This document shows positions 50,695 to 61,823 of a stretch of DNA of 64,000 nt, piece by piece. Every line of letters starts with the position of its first letter. Position 1 is the stretch's first letter. The stretch is from Gammaproteobacteria bacterium (lineage in GTDB: Bacteria > Pseudomonadota > Gammaproteobacteria > UBA4575). The stretch covers positions 512,001-576,000 of the forward strand of contig CBDCUI010000008.1 of NCBI GenBank assembly GCA_965222615.1, given 5' to 3'. The position numbers were made by a program, and so were the translations under genes. The notes under the pieces were generated by a model, which worked only from the letters and a program-made list of their open reading frames with translations, was not told where the DNA came from and did not search any database.

Positions 50695-51210
50695 GTGTTT
50701 AAACTCGTAAAAGATTTTTTCAATATATGTTTATTACGAGGCGGTCCTGAAGAGCTGCCATATTCTTATGTCCTTTTAGGTGTGACTATCGTTGTAAATG
50801 TTTTTCTTTCGGTTTTAATTGGATCTATGATCCACAATTTAAAACTCGCTGGTTTGACAAGTATAGCTGCATTATTTTTCTCATTTGTATTTGTAAAGTT
50901 GTTATTGCATAAAAAGCCAGAACGTTTTGTGCAAACATTTAGTGCCATGTTAGGCGTGGATGCCATTATTAGTATTATTTCACTACCGAGTGTTTATTCA
51001 TTGGCATATTTAAAACCTGGGGAAACTGCAATTATGTTTTTCAATTTAACTGGTTTTGCACTATTGGTATGGGTTGTGATTGTCTATGGATATATTTTTA
51101 GTAAAGCCTTGTCGTCGATGATGGGTTATGGAGTAGCCATTAGCGTTGGTTATGCATTACTGACTATCATGATTATTGAATTTATTGTGGCAGGAAATAC
51201 AGTTACATAA
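50695..51210 (+). CDS. Conserved membrane protein
   Basis: ICLLRGGPEELPYS, ERFVQT; 5 TM segments; stop overlaps the mpl start. Confidence 0.7.
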   Translation: MFKLVKDFFNICLLRGGPEELPYSYVLLGVTIVVNVFLSVLIGSMIHNLKLAGLTSIAALFFSFVFVKLLLHKKPERFVQTFSAMLGVDAIISIISLPSVYSLAYLKPGETAIMFFNLTGFALLVWVVIVYGYIFSKALSSMMGYGVAISVGYALLTIMIIEFIVAGNTVT

Positions 51211-52592
51211 TGCATATTCATATATTAGGGATTTGTGGCACCTTCATGGGAAGTCTAGCAATCATTGCTAAACAACTTGGCCATGAAGTATCGGGTTCGG
51301 ATATCAATGTTTATCCGCCTATGAGTACGCAACTTGAAATGGCGGGTATCGAACTCAAACCAGGCTATTCAGTTGATCATTTATTTCCAATGCCCGATCA
51401 GATCATTGTGGGTAACGTCATTGCACGGGGCAATGAAATTGCAGAGTATCTACTTAATAACTATATACCATTTACTTCTGGCCCCGCCTGGCTACATGAG
51501 CACGTCCTACAGAACCGCTGGGTGCTTGCTGTTGCAGGTACGCATGGTAAGACCACGACTACCAGTATGCTGGCGTGGATTCTTGAGTCGGCAGGATTAC
51601 AGCCTGGTTTTCTAATTGGAGGGGTACCCGAAAATTTTGAGTTTTCGTCCCGATTGGGGGATTCTAAGTATTTTGTCATTGAAGCCGACGAGTATGACAC
51701 GGCTTTTTTTGATAAGCGGTCTAAATTTGTACACTACTGTCCCCATACCCTCACATTAAATAACTTAGAATTTGATCATGCCGATATATTTAATGATATC
51801 GATGACGTAAAGCGACAATTCCATCATTTACTACGAATAATGCCGAGCGAAGGAAGATTGATCGTGAATCATGATGATCCAAATATTAAAGATGTAATGA
51901 ACATGGGATGTTGGACACCAGTTGAATCTTTTTCCGTAACAGATCGTACCGCAACGTGGTTTGCAGGTGATATTGATCTGCGTAGTTCGCAATTTGCGCT
52001 GCAACATTTTGGTAGACCACGTGGGATCGGGGCATTGAGCTTGTTTGGCCGACATAATATCGCTAATGCGCTTGCGGCAATCGCAGCAGCACAGCATGCC
52101 GGCGTAGAAGTCGAAGAAGCATTACAAGCATTGGCATCTTTTTCTGGTGTTAAACGTCGCTTGGAACACAAAGGGACATTTGATCAAATTAGTGTATATG
52201 ATGATTTTGCTCATCATCCAACAGAAATCGCTGCCACTATATCGGCATTCAAAGAGCAACGTCCACAAGGGCGTATCGTTACAGTTTTTGAACCTAGATC
52301 AAATACTATGCGACTTGGTATACATGGCGATCAGCTAGCGAATGCATTTAAAGATGCGGATAAAGTATTTATGTATGAGCCTGAAGATATTGAATGGTCG
52401 CTGCAAGAAGTTGCAAACCAAATGCAACCAGAATGTAAAGTTTCCTCAAAGGTAGAGCAAATAATTGCAGATCTACTGAGTGAAGTAAATAAAGGCGATA
52501 ATATTTTAATTTTAAGTAATGGTAGTTTCGATGGTTTATCTGCAAAGCTTATTTTGCAGTTATCGAACCGCGAATCATCAGCATTACACTAA
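51210..52592 (+). CDS. mpl: Murein peptide ligase
   Basis: MHIHILGICGTFMG, GTHGKTTT, EADEYDTAFFDKRSKF, DDFAHHP. Confidence 0.96.
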   Translation: MHIHILGICGTFMGSLAIIAKQLGHEVSGSDINVYPPMSTQLEMAGIELKPGYSVDHLFPMPDQIIVGNVIARGNEIAEYLLNNYIPFTSGPAWLHEHVLQNRWVLAVAGTHGKTTTTSMLAWILESAGLQPGFLIGGVPENFEFSSRLGDSKYFVIEADEYDTAFFDKRSKFVHYCPHTLTLNNLEFDHADIFNDIDDVKRQFHHLLRIMPSEGRLIVNHDDPNIKDVMNMGCWTPVESFSVTDRTATWFAGDIDLRSSQFALQHFGRPRGIGALSLFGRHNIANALAAIAAAQHAGVEVEEALQALASFSGVKRRLEHKGTFDQISVYDDFAHHPTEIAATISAFKEQRPQGRIVTVFEPRSNTMRLGIHGDQLANAFKDADKVFMYEPEDIEWSLQEVANQMQPECKVSSKVEQIIADLLSEVNKGDNILILSNGSFDGLSAKLILQLSNRESSALH

Positions 52593-52614
52593 ATCATCTT
52601 TTTAACAAACCATA

Positions 52615-53922
52615 ATGACTAACCGAAGAAAACGTCGTAGCTTGTCTTCTGGAGACAAGATTGGGAAATATCAACTTGAAGAGGTTATTCATCAAGGTAA
52701 ATACAGAACTATATATAAAGCGCATGATCCTTTTTTAGATCGAGATGTAGCGATTAAGGTTAGTACTTTCCCAGAACAACAAGATGAGGAAGAGAATTCT
52801 CAGCAAATTCGCAACTCATTTTTTCTTGAAACACGTGCGGTCGGAAAATTACAACACCCAAACATTGTATCTGTATATGACGCAGGAGTAGGTGATCGAC
52901 AGACTTATATTGTTATGGAATATATCAAAGCTAAAAGTTTAGCTGCCATGTTAAAGAACGGTGAGAAAATTTCTGTTAATAAAGCATTAGATATCGTTTT
53001 TAAATGTTGTAAGGCACTTGAATATGCGCATAGTAAAGATGTTGTCCACCGGGATATTAAACCAGGCAATATACTGTTAACAGACGAAGGCAATGTAAAG
53101 ATTGTCGACTTTGGGGTAGCGAAAGTTCGTAATAGTATTGATACCTTATCAAGTGGTTTGTTTGGTTCACCTTCATACATGGCGCCAGAGCAAATAGAAG
53201 AACAAGAAGTGGGTCCGTCTACAGATTTATATGCACTTGGAATAGTTTTGTATGAGCTGCTCACAGGAAAAAAACCATTTGATGCGGATAATGTACATAC
53301 TTTGATGTACAAAATTTTGCATGAACAACCTGAATCATTAAGTGATCTGGGCATTGAGCATGCGACTCAATTACAGCCATTATTTGATGAAGCATTAGCG
53401 CGAAGTCCTGAACAACGTTACCCATCCGCAACTGATTTTGCATCGGCATTGCAAAGTGTAGATAACGCGCTTAGGTATAAAGAAAAGGAAATAGATAAGA
53501 GAGTAAATGCCGAGCAAGCTGGAATGTTAGGTTTTTTTCATGATTTTAGTGAACAACAGTTAGCAGAGTTTGTTGATGTGGCAACCTGGTTAAGGATTGC
53601 AGAAGGCCAAACAATTTTATCTGCAGGAGAAATAGACCAAACTTTTTATGTGATCGTTGGTGGTACGGCTACTGTATTTAAATCCAATGAACCGGTTAAG
53701 TCTTTACTGGAAGGGGATTGTTTTGGTGAAATTGGATTATTGAGCTATAAACAGCGAGCTACAAGCATCATGGCGAGCACAGATATGTTATTAATGAAAA
53801 TTACTTCTTCTGATTTAGATAAAATGTCATACACTTTGCAGGCACAATTCTACAAGGCTGTTGCAACCTCATTAATAAAACGTTTGTCAGACCACGAAGC
53901 CACTGCTGATAAAGCTGCATAA
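52615..53922 (+). CDS. Ser/Thr protein kinase with C-terminal cyclic-nucleotide-binding domain
   Basis: VAIK, HRDIKPGN, DFG, YMAPE; GDCFGEIGLL...RATS. Confidence 0.9.
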   Translation: MTNRRKRRSLSSGDKIGKYQLEEVIHQGKYRTIYKAHDPFLDRDVAIKVSTFPEQQDEEENSQQIRNSFFLETRAVGKLQHPNIVSVYDAGVGDRQTYIVMEYIKAKSLAAMLKNGEKISVNKALDIVFKCCKALEYAHSKDVVHRDIKPGNILLTDEGNVKIVDFGVAKVRNSIDTLSSGLFGSPSYMAPEQIEEQEVGPSTDLYALGIVLYELLTGKKPFDADNVHTLMYKILHEQPESLSDLGIEHATQLQPLFDEALARSPEQRYPSATDFASALQSVDNALRYKEKEIDKRVNAEQAGMLGFFHDFSEQQLAEFVDVATWLRIAEGQTILSAGEIDQTFYVIVGGTATVFKSNEPVKSLLEGDCFGEIGLLSYKQRATSIMASTDMLLMKITSSDLDKMSYTLQAQFYKAVATSLIKRLSDHEATADKAA

Positions 53923-53975
53923 GCAGTATAATAGCAACATTTTTAACACGGTATAGCGACCAAAAAGTAACTTCA

Positions 53976-54569
53976 TTGCCTCCACAACTGCTAGAATTGC
54001 CACTATTTCCTCTAAATACGGTTATTTTTCCCGGTGGAGTATTACCATTGCGAATTTTTGAACCACGCTATTTGGATATGGTGAAGGATTGTATGCGTAA
54101 TGATCATGGATTTTGTATCGTATCAATTCGCAGTGGAAGAGAGACCGGTCATGCCGCTGATGTATACAATACAGGAACCATATGCAGTATTAGCGATTGG
54201 GAAACGCTGCCCGATGGGTTGCTTGGTATCACCGCAAATGGTGAGAAAAAAGCTCATATCTCTACCACTAAAATTGAATCAAATCAGCTTGTCATAGGTC
54301 AATTGGAAGAGATTGAGGAGTTGCCGGACCCGAATTTGCCAGAAGAATTTGAATCCATGAAAGAATTATTACAACGTATTATTACGAAAGTTGGGCAGCC
54401 TTATACGACTTTGCCGGCCAAATACGAGAATTCGGGGTGGGTAGGTGCTCGTCTTATTGAATTGTTACCTCTACAATTGTCATTGAAGCAACGCCTCTTA
54501 GAAATAGATGATCATATTGTGCGTTTGCATCATCTTAAAGAAGCGATGCAAGAATCTAAATTCATATAA
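53976..54569 (+). CDS. LON peptidase N-terminal domain protein
   Basis: LPLFPL..VIFPGGVLPLRIFEPRYLDMV. Confidence 0.88.
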   Translation: MPPQLLELPLFPLNTVIFPGGVLPLRIFEPRYLDMVKDCMRNDHGFCIVSIRSGRETGHAADVYNTGTICSISDWETLPDGLLGITANGEKKAHISTTKIESNQLVIGQLEEIEELPDPNLPEEFESMKELLQRIITKVGQPYTTLPAKYENSGWVGARLIELLPLQLSLKQRLLEIDDHIVRLHHLKEAMQESKFI

Positions 54570-54591
54570 ATTAAATAACCAGGAGAATACT

Positions 54592-54963
54592 GTGGCAACG
54601 ATTGCCTTAACAAAAGAAAATTTTAACGAAACAATAGAAAATAATGAAACCGTAATTATTGATTTCTGGGCTTCATGGTGTGGCCCGTGTAGATCATTTG
54701 CTCCGACGTTTGAATCTGCTTCTGAGAATCATGAGGGAATTGTATTCGCTAAAGTAGACACTGAGGAGCAACAGGAATTGGCTCAAGCTTGCAATATACG
54801 CTCTATTCCAGCATTGATGATTTTTAGAGATCAAATACTATTGTACTCACAGGCTGGGGCATTACCCCCTGCACAGTTAGAAGACGTAATAGAAAAAACT
54901 CAGGAGTTAGATATGGATCAAGTAAGAGCAGATATTGAAAAGCAGAAATCGAGTGAAGCTTAG
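54592..54963 (+). CDS. Thioredoxin
   Basis: DFWASWCGPC; AGGAG RBS before GTG 54592. Confidence 0.92.
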   Translation: MATIALTKENFNETIENNETVIIDFWASWCGPCRSFAPTFESASENHEGIVFAKVDTEEQQELAQACNIRSIPALMIFRDQILLYSQAGALPPAQLEDVIEKTQELDMDQVRADIEKQKSSEA

Positions 54964-55034
54964 CTGTGAACTTTTATAAAGTTACTCATCACAAATAATT
55001 ATTTATTGATAAACTAATACCAAGTTAATTACTA

Positions 55035-56846
55035 ATGTCTGTGCTGGGAAATAATGATCAAGTAGTGAAGCGATATACAGTACGCCATGTACTTAATATG
55101 GCATTACTACATAAAAAAGAGCTTATCGCGGCACATATTATTGCAATAGTGGCGGTCTTAGCGAGCATTCCAATCCCGCTACTTATACCACTATTGATTG
55201 ATGAGGTTTTATTAGACAAACCTGGGAAAGTGGTTGCGACAATCGGGAAATTTTTTCCTGAGTCTTTGCATAGTCCTTTTCTTTATATTGTTGTTCTTAC
55301 CATAATTTGTATTGTACTTAGATTAATCTACCTTTCACTCAATGTTTGGCAGACAAAGAAGTTTGTCACTATAGCTAAAGACATCATCTATCGAATTCGA
55401 TATCAGTTGCTTGATCGATTAAAGCATGTGGCGATGTCGGAGTATGAAACTTTGGGCGGCGGTGCTGTAGCATCCAAGTTTGTTACTGATTTAAATACGG
55501 TGGATCAATTTGCTGGGGAGACCGTCAGCAAATTTTTGGTAGCAGCTTTAACTATTATCGGTGTCGCAGGAGTATTGGTTTGGCTGCATTGGCAATTGGC
55601 GTTGTTCATTTTATTTGTCAATCCGCTAGTGATTTATGTCACGATGGTAATAGGCAAACGAGTAAAAATTCTTAAGAAAAAAGAAAATAAGGCATTTGAA
55701 AAATTTCAACAGTCTCTAACAGAAACCCTTGATGGTATACAACAAATCCGTGCCAGTAACCGTGAAGCTTATTACTTAGATCGAGTTAGAGAAAATGCAG
55801 AACAAGTTAAAGATCACTCTTCGGCATTTTCTTGGAAGAGTGATGCTGCCAATCGGCTTTCTTTTTCAGTATTTTTAATTGGTTTTGATATTTTTCGCGC
55901 AGTGAGTATGGCAATGGTGCTGTTAACCGATTTAACTATTGGCGAAATGATTGCTGTATTTGGTTACTTATGGTTTATGATGGGGCCCGTACAGGAAGTA
56001 CTCGGCATTCAGTATTCATTTTATGGAGCTAAGGCAGCGCTAGGTCGAATTAATGAGTTACTTTATTTGCCAAGCGAACCTCAATATCCGCATATTGAAA
56101 ATCCATTTGCTGGTAAACATGCCGTTAGTGTTCAAGTCGATAATATTAAATTTGCCTATGGAGATGGTCCATATGTATTAGATGGCGTAAATTTGTCTAT
56201 TGCCGCTGGTGAAAAAGTCGCGTTAGTTGGAGCCAGTGGTGGTGGTAAGTCTACACTGGTTCAAGTCTTGTTAGGGTTGTATCCACCTCTATTTGGTGAA
56301 ATAAAATTTGATGGTGTGCCTGTATCAAAAATCGGTATGGAAGTTGTGCGTGAGCATGTTGCATGTGTATTGCAACATCCTGCCTTATTTAATGACACAG
56401 TGCGCATGAATTTAACTCTGGGAAGAGAAATCCCTGATGCGGCGTTGTGGCGAGTACTCGAAGTTGCACAAATTAATGATGTAATAGAAAAAATGCCTAG
56501 GGGTTTGGATAGTTTAATTGGAGTAGACGGAATTCGATTGTCAGGAGGACAACGTCAACGCATCGCTATTGCAAGAATGGCACTTACTAATCCCCAAGTC
56601 GTAATATTGGATGAGGCCACCTCTGCACTGGATGCCGAAACCGAAGCAAAATTGCATACGGCATTGGCAAGTTATTTAACAGGTCGGACGATAATTATCG
56701 TAGCTCATCGTCTCAGTGCAGTAAAACAAGCAGATACCGTTTACGTTTTTGAAGATGGAAAAGTGACAGAGCAAGGCGGTCATGATGAGCTACTGCGATT
56801 AAATGGCCTTTACTCTAAGCTTTATGGACAACATCAAATTGCATAG
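55035..56846 (+). CDS. ABC exporter, fused permease/ATPase
   Basis: TM domain, GASGGGKST, LSGGQRQR, ILDEATSALD, AHRLS. Confidence 0.93.
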   Translation: MSVLGNNDQVVKRYTVRHVLNMALLHKKELIAAHIIAIVAVLASIPIPLLIPLLIDEVLLDKPGKVVATIGKFFPESLHSPFLYIVVLTIICIVLRLIYLSLNVWQTKKFVTIAKDIIYRIRYQLLDRLKHVAMSEYETLGGGAVASKFVTDLNTVDQFAGETVSKFLVAALTIIGVAGVLVWLHWQLALFILFVNPLVIYVTMVIGKRVKILKKKENKAFEKFQQSLTETLDGIQQIRASNREAYYLDRVRENAEQVKDHSSAFSWKSDAANRLSFSVFLIGFDIFRAVSMAMVLLTDLTIGEMIAVFGYLWFMMGPVQEVLGIQYSFYGAKAALGRINELLYLPSEPQYPHIENPFAGKHAVSVQVDNIKFAYGDGPYVLDGVNLSIAAGEKVALVGASGGGKSTLVQVLLGLYPPLFGEIKFDGVPVSKIGMEVVREHVACVLQHPALFNDTVRMNLTLGREIPDAALWRVLEVAQINDVIEKMPRGLDSLIGVDGIRLSGGQRQRIAIARMALTNPQVVILDEATSALDAETEAKLHTALASYLTGRTIIIVAHRLSAVKQADTVYVFEDGKVTEQGGHDELLRLNGLYSKLYGQHQIA

Positions 56847-56999
56847 GAAGCTGTGATTTATTCTGCCCTTATTAAATTTTTATGGTATTAAAAAGATTTT
56901 CGAAATACTCATGTATACCTATATACACTCCATCTTGTCAAAATCTTTTTACCTCGTCTCAGGCATTTCATTAATAAATCAGAACTTCCTGAATCTTTT

Positions 57000-57364
57000 A
57001 TGCGGCCAGTCATTAAAGTCAATTAAGCAAACTAACGAGTATTATTTTGAAGAAGATTGTTACATCACAGAGATTTCTAACTCTATAGATGACGAAGCGT
57101 TGTCTATTGCACGTGCTCGAGTCGAACCAGGTGCAAAGACAAAATTACATTGTCTTAAAGAAATAACCGAAAGATATGTAATTTTGAGTGGTGAAGGGTT
57201 GGTTGAAGTTGGTTCCACTATTGCTCAGAGTGTCAATGTTGGAGATGTAGTGATTATTCCTCCGATGTGTCCACAAAAGATAACTAATACTGGTAAAAGA
57301 TGATTTGATTTTTTTGGCAATCTGTACACCAAGATTTAATAAAGAGTCTTATCAAGAACTTTAG
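57000..57364 (+). pseudogene. Cupin domain protein with apparent frameshifts (pseudogene or sequencing error)
   Basis: EYYFEEDCYITE..SIARARVEPG..H..ERYVILSG; removing one A near 57296 restores DDLIFLAICTPRF; removing one A near 57016 links ATG 57000. Confidence 0.7.
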
Positions 57365-57698
57365 TAATAATTGAAAGTTGGAAATGAGGTTTTAAAAATA
57401 ACTTAGTATAGTCCAAGTGTCTTATTTAGTCGGCAATTAACAACTATTATATCTATTAATTAAATTCTTCTTTTTGTTTGTATATGGGGCTGTATGTTTT
57501 TAGATATCACAAATTTTATTGTTTGGTTTAAAAATATTTTATCCAGTAAAAACAATGGCATGAGAGGGGTAGTTAAATTTTACTTGTTGTGAGTTTTAGC
57601 ATCGCCTACACTTATTTTATGTGCTGTATTTAACAGCATTTACGCACTTAGTACGTATATTGATAATAATAAAGTAATAAGGTAAGGAGGATATAAAA

Positions 57699-58019
57699 AT
57701 GGGTAATCTTGGAAGATGGCTTTTTCTCGCGGGACTCATAATTTGTATAGTTGTAGGTCTTGGTTTGGCAAACAATCCATGGGTGCCGGCAGCTTTAGCA
57801 ATTCTTGGAGTTGTTGTCGGATTACTGAATGTAGGCACTAGTGAATCGACAAGATTTTTACTAGCGGCAATCGGTTTAATTATTTGCGCTTCGTCGCTGA
57901 ATACGATTCCATACATAGGCCAGCATGCTTCATCTATAGCAGGCTATCTGGTTTCCTTTATTGCAGCAGCTGTCTTTGTTGTGGCGATTAAGAGTTTGTT
58001 AGAGACCGCTGGCGACTAG
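57699..58019 (+). CDS. Small 4-TM membrane protein
   Basis: AAGGAGG RBS; LGVVVGLLNV..SE..RFLLAAIGL. Confidence 0.75.
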   Translation: MGNLGRWLFLAGLIICIVVGLGLANNPWVPAALAILGVVVGLLNVGTSESTRFLLAAIGLIICASSLNTIPYIGQHASSIAGYLVSFIAAAVFVVAIKSLLETAGD

Positions 58020-58041
58020 TATAGTTTGCTTTATATAACCT

Positions 58042-58071
58042 AAAAGGCCCACGTTTACGTGGGCCTTTTTT
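58042..58071. terminator. Bidirectional intrinsic terminator
   Basis: AAAAGGCCCACGT-TT-ACGTGGGCCTTTTTT between convergent genes. Confidence 0.88.
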
Positions 58072-58085
58072 ATGTTACATAGTAC

Positions 58086-59363
58086 TTAAATCGACTGAAA
58101 AGATTTATTTGCAATCTCAATCGTTTTTTCAATATCTTCTTCGCTATGCGCACTCGATATAAAGCCAGCCTCATAGGGAGATGGGGCTAAGTAAATACCT
58201 TGTTCCAGCATATTGTGAAAAAATTTATTGAAGTGATCTGAATTGCATGAAGTTACTTGTGAAAAACTGGTTATTTTTTCTTCTTCTGTGAAAAATATTC
58301 CAAACATGCCACATACGTAGTTTGCGGCGAGAGGAATGTTATTGTTCTTTGCTGATTCTAATAAGCCATCTATGAGTAATTTAGTTTTGCGCTGTAATTT
58401 GTCATGAAAGCTTCTATCAGAAAGTAATTTCAACGTGGTTAAGCCTGCAGTCATGGCAATAGGGTTACCTGATAGTGTACCTGCCTGATACACCGGTCCA
58501 GTCGGGGCCAGTGATTCCATGATTTTTCGCTCTCCACCAACTGCACCAACTGGCATGCCCCCGCCTAATATTTTTCCTAATGTGGTCAAATCAGGGATGA
58601 CTTTATAAAGTTGTTGAGCGCCTCCACGTGCAACACGAAATCCTGTCATGACTTCGTCAAAAATTAGAATTGATTTATGTTCAGAACAAAGTTGACGTAA
58701 ACCTTGTAAAAAACCTTTGATTGGCGGGATACAATTCATATTGCCAGCAATAGGTTCGACAATTACACAAGCTATTTCTTCACCCAGCTTGGCAAACACC
58801 TGTTCAACCTCATCGAGATCGTTGTAAGTCAAAGTAATGGTGTGTTCAGCTAACTCGGGCGGGACACCCGGCGAGTTGGGTACGCCTAGGGTAAGTGCAC
58901 CGGAGCCGGCCTTGACTAATAGAGAGTCTCCATGACCATGATAACAGCCTTCAAATTTAATAATCTTATTGCGGCCAGTGTGTCCACGCGCAAGGCGTAT
59001 CGCACTCATCGTTGCCTCCGTCCCTGAACTTACCATGCGTACCATTTCGATAGACTCAATCAGCTCACACACTTTTTTGGCCATCTCGGTTTCAATTTCG
59101 GTGGGCGTTCCAAAACTTAGCCCATGTTCCGCGGCACGTTGGACCGCTTCAATCACTTCGGGATGTGCATGTCCCAAAACCATCGGCCCCCAGGAGCCGA
59201 CATAATCAATGTATTCTTTATCGTGAATATCGTAAATATAAGCGCCATGCGCACGCTTGATGAAAACAGGTGTACCGCCGACTGCCTTAAATGCACGTAC
59301 GGGAGAATTGACACCACCGGGTATATATTTGTGGGCCTCGTCAAAGGCTTGTTGATTATTCAT
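58086..59363 (-). CDS. hemL: Glutamate-1-semialdehyde 2,1-aminomutase
   Basis: [40 protein letters not shown]. Confidence 0.97.
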   Translation of the reverse strand: MNNQQAFDEAHKYIPGGVNSPVRAFKAVGGTPVFIKRAHGAYIYDIHDKEYIDYVGSWGPMVLGHAHPEVIEAVQRAAEHGLSFGTPTEIETEMAKKVCELIESIEMVRMVSSGTEATMSAIRLARGHTGRNKIIKFEGCYHGHGDSLLVKAGSGALTLGVPNSPGVPPELAEHTITLTYNDLDEVEQVFAKLGEEIACVIVEPIAGNMNCIPPIKGFLQGLRQLCSEHKSILIFDEVMTGFRVARGGAQQLYKVIPDLTTLGKILGGGMPVGAVGGERKIMESLAPTGPVYQAGTLSGNPIAMTAGLTTLKLLSDRSFHDKLQRKTKLLIDGLLESAKNNNIPLAANYVCGMFGIFFTEEEKITSFSQVTSCNSDHFNKFFHNMLEQGIYLAPSPYEAGFISSAHSEEDIEKTIEIANKSFQSI

Positions 59364-59433
59364 GGTTTACAGTGGCATTGTTCATGAAATGCGATCCTAA
59401 CTAATGTCACTCAGTTAAGAAAGCTCTGATATA

Positions 59434-60064
59434 TTAATTAAACTGGTGGATCAATTGTAGGAGTTCTTCTGCAGCTTGTTTGGGCGCATCTGTGGCAAAT
59501 AATGCATTGATTACAGCAACCATATCGACTCCAGTCGTTAACAATAGTTTGATATTATTTTTGTTAATGCCTCCAATTGCGCATACGGGCACATTTAGCT
59601 CATTTTTTTGCCCGAGTCAGTAAATCGATATTTGCATGCGGGGCATTTGGTTTGCTGGGTGAATTGAAGAAACTTCCAAATGCCACATAGTCTGCACCTG
59701 CACGAATTGCTGCAGCGGCATTATCGAATTCGTTATAACAAGAAGCGCCACAGAGTTTATCGTTACCAAGTATTTTTTTTGCCTCACTAATCGATTTATC
59801 CTGTTTGCCTAAATGTACGCCATCTGCATCAATTAATTTAGCCAGTTCTATATCATCATTGATAATTAATAATGCTTGGTGTTTCGTAGTAAGCGATTTA
59901 ATTTGATTTGCCAACGCATATTTATTTTTATGACTACTAATTTTGTCACGAAACTGAATAATTTTAACACCTGCAGTTAACACATCGTTTACTTTTTCAG
60001 TAAATTTTGCCGAGCCAATATATTGAATGTCAGCAATGGCATATAAGCCTTTAAGTTTTTGCAT
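59434..60064 (-). pseudogene. thiE: Thiamine phosphate synthase with a 1-nt frameshift (pseudogene or sequencing error)
   Basis: GLYAI, QFRDK, INDD, DGVHLG, SPSKP; stops at RAKK*, but removing one base from the 7-nt run at 59603-59609 restores PVCAIGGI...DMVAVI to a stop at 59434. Confidence 0.85.
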
Positions 60065-60078
60065 TGCAAGGAAGATTT

Positions 60079-60885
60079 CTACTTAACCCAATGGAAACGA
60101 TTAGGAATTTTTTGCCCCATACCAAGCTGACGAGCAGTAACTAAGCTTTTCCAAGTGAATTCTTGTGCCTGATGTGTAGCTGAAACTACATCTTGTCCAT
60201 GCGCGAGATAAGCAGTAATCGCGGAAGACAGTGTACAGCCGGAGCCATGAAACTTATCAGGCAAACGATCCCATGTATACTTATCAAGTTTGCGATGATT
60301 TCCGTATAAGATGTTATTAACTACAGGCGTGTTTTCGTGACTACCCGTTACTAATACGTAGTGTGCACCACGTTCCAGTATCGCCATTGCGCAAGCATCT
60401 AAATTATCGGCTTCTGGAGCAAGTTTTCTTGCTTCAATACTATTTGGTGTTACTACCGTTGCTTGTGGAATCAATAAAGAAATTATTGCTGAGACAACTG
60501 CATCACTCGCTAAAGTTTTTCCTCCTCCTGCAACGATAATAGGATCTAATACTACAGGGATACCAGCATAGTCAGTGAGCAGCGTATGAATTGCTCGTGC
60601 AGTTTCGATACTTTCGATCAGTCCTATCTTGATTGCCGCAACATTCATATCTTCTAGTATTATGCGTGCTTGTTCGACAATCATGCGCTCATCTATTTGA
60701 GACGTTTCAAGTACATTGGTAGTATCCTGCGCAGTAATAGAAGTAATAATTGGTGCTGTATGGCAACCTAAGCTAGCTAAGGTTTCAATATCAGCTTGTA
60801 TACCAGCCCCGCCAGTGGGGTCGACGCCTGAGATTGCCATTACCACTGGCGTGTTTGCAATAGCGTTCACAATATGAAGTAGCAA
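60079..60885 (-). CDS. thiD: Hydroxymethylpyrimidine/phosphomethylpyrimidine kinase
   Basis: DPTGGAGIQADI, VLDP, TPN, FHGSGCTLSS; exact start uncertain. Confidence 0.9.
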   Translation of the reverse strand: MLLHIVNAIANTPVVMAISGVDPTGGAGIQADIETLASLGCHTAPIITSITAQDTTNVLETSQIDERMIVEQARIILEDMNVAAIKIGLIESIETARAIHTLLTDYAGIPVVLDPIIVAGGGKTLASDAVVSAIISLLIPQATVVTPNSIEARKLAPEADNLDACAMAILERGAHYVLVTGSHENTPVVNNILYGNHRKLDKYTWDRLPDKFHGSGCTLSSAITAYLAHGQDVVSATHQAQEFTWKSLVTARQLGMGQKIPNRFHWVK

Positions 60886-60898
60886 CTAGAAAACATCC

Positions 60899-61072
60899 AT
60901 GCAGTATAAAACATATATGTGCGTAATTTGTGGTTGGATCTATGATGAAGCCAAAGGCTCACCTGAAGAGGGTTTGGCTCCTGGTACTCGCTGGGAGGAT
61001 GTACCTCTTAATTGGAAGTGTCCGGAGTGTGGAGCGGTTAAGGACGATTTCTTGATGATGGAGATCTCATAA
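60899..61072 (+). CDS. Rubredoxin (57 aa, not in the ORF track)
   Basis: MQYKTYMCVICGWIYDEAKGSPEEGLAPGTRWEDVPLNWKCPECGAVKDDFLMMEIS*. Confidence 0.95.
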   Translation: MQYKTYMCVICGWIYDEAKGSPEEGLAPGTRWEDVPLNWKCPECGAVKDDFLMMEIS

Positions 61073-61195
61073 ATGATCTTTTTTGTGCCTAGTTAGTTTC
61101 CAGATTTTCAATTTGTTCAATTTTTTGGCTTATGAACTAAGTATGAGTACTTTGTTTTTGAAGAGTCTCAGCTCTCACAGATACAGAACCTTGGT

Positions 61196-61765
61196 TTATA
61201 AATGATTCTGAGACTGACGAATCTGTGCATATAAATATGCAATTTTTGCAGAAAGTTCTAAGGAACAAGTCCATTTGTAAGCTAGGTTTAACGATTCTGC
61301 GCAAGCATACACGCCATGACCCCTCACCACTGTAATACAGTCTTTATTCAATGTGTCTGCAACCATAGTGGGCGATAAGTCTAAATATTGATCGAATTCA
61401 ATTGTGTGTACAGTAACCACTGGAAAATATAATTTACCCTCAAAGTCTTCAGGAACGAAGTTTTTGCCATCCATGGTAATTGCAATAGTATACGGGCCAT
61501 GGCTGTGTAGCACAGCTTGCGTCCTTGGATTTCTCTTATATACTTCTATATGTAGTTTGGCATCATAAGAAGCATTTTCACCTATAGATCCATTTACGTC
61601 ACATGCAATTAAATCATCTGCATGCAAAGTATCTGCGCATGCACCGGTTGGTGTTACCCAAATGGTGTTTTCAATACGTATGGATGCGTTGCCACTATGG
61701 GAGTCGTTATAGCCAAAACTTCGTAACCATGCATAATATCTAACAAGATCTTCTTTAGGATTCAT
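61196..61765 (-). CDS. Class II aldolase/adducin family protein
   Basis: SGNASIR, HIEVY, VLHSH, VRGHG. Confidence 0.88.
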   Translation of the reverse strand: MNPKEDLVRYYAWLRSFGYNDSHSGNASIRIENTIWVTPTGACADTLHADDLIACDVNGSIGENASYDAKLHIEVYKRNPRTQAVLHSHGPYTIAITMDGKNFVPEDFEGKLYFPVVTVHTIEFDQYLDLSPTMVADTLNKDCITVVRGHGVYACAESLNLAYKWTCSLELSAKIAYLYAQIRQSQNHL

Positions 61766-61823
61766 GAGTTTCTTTAGTAAAAATTCTTAAATAGAAAAAT
61801 TAAATACAGAAAAGGACGATGAG

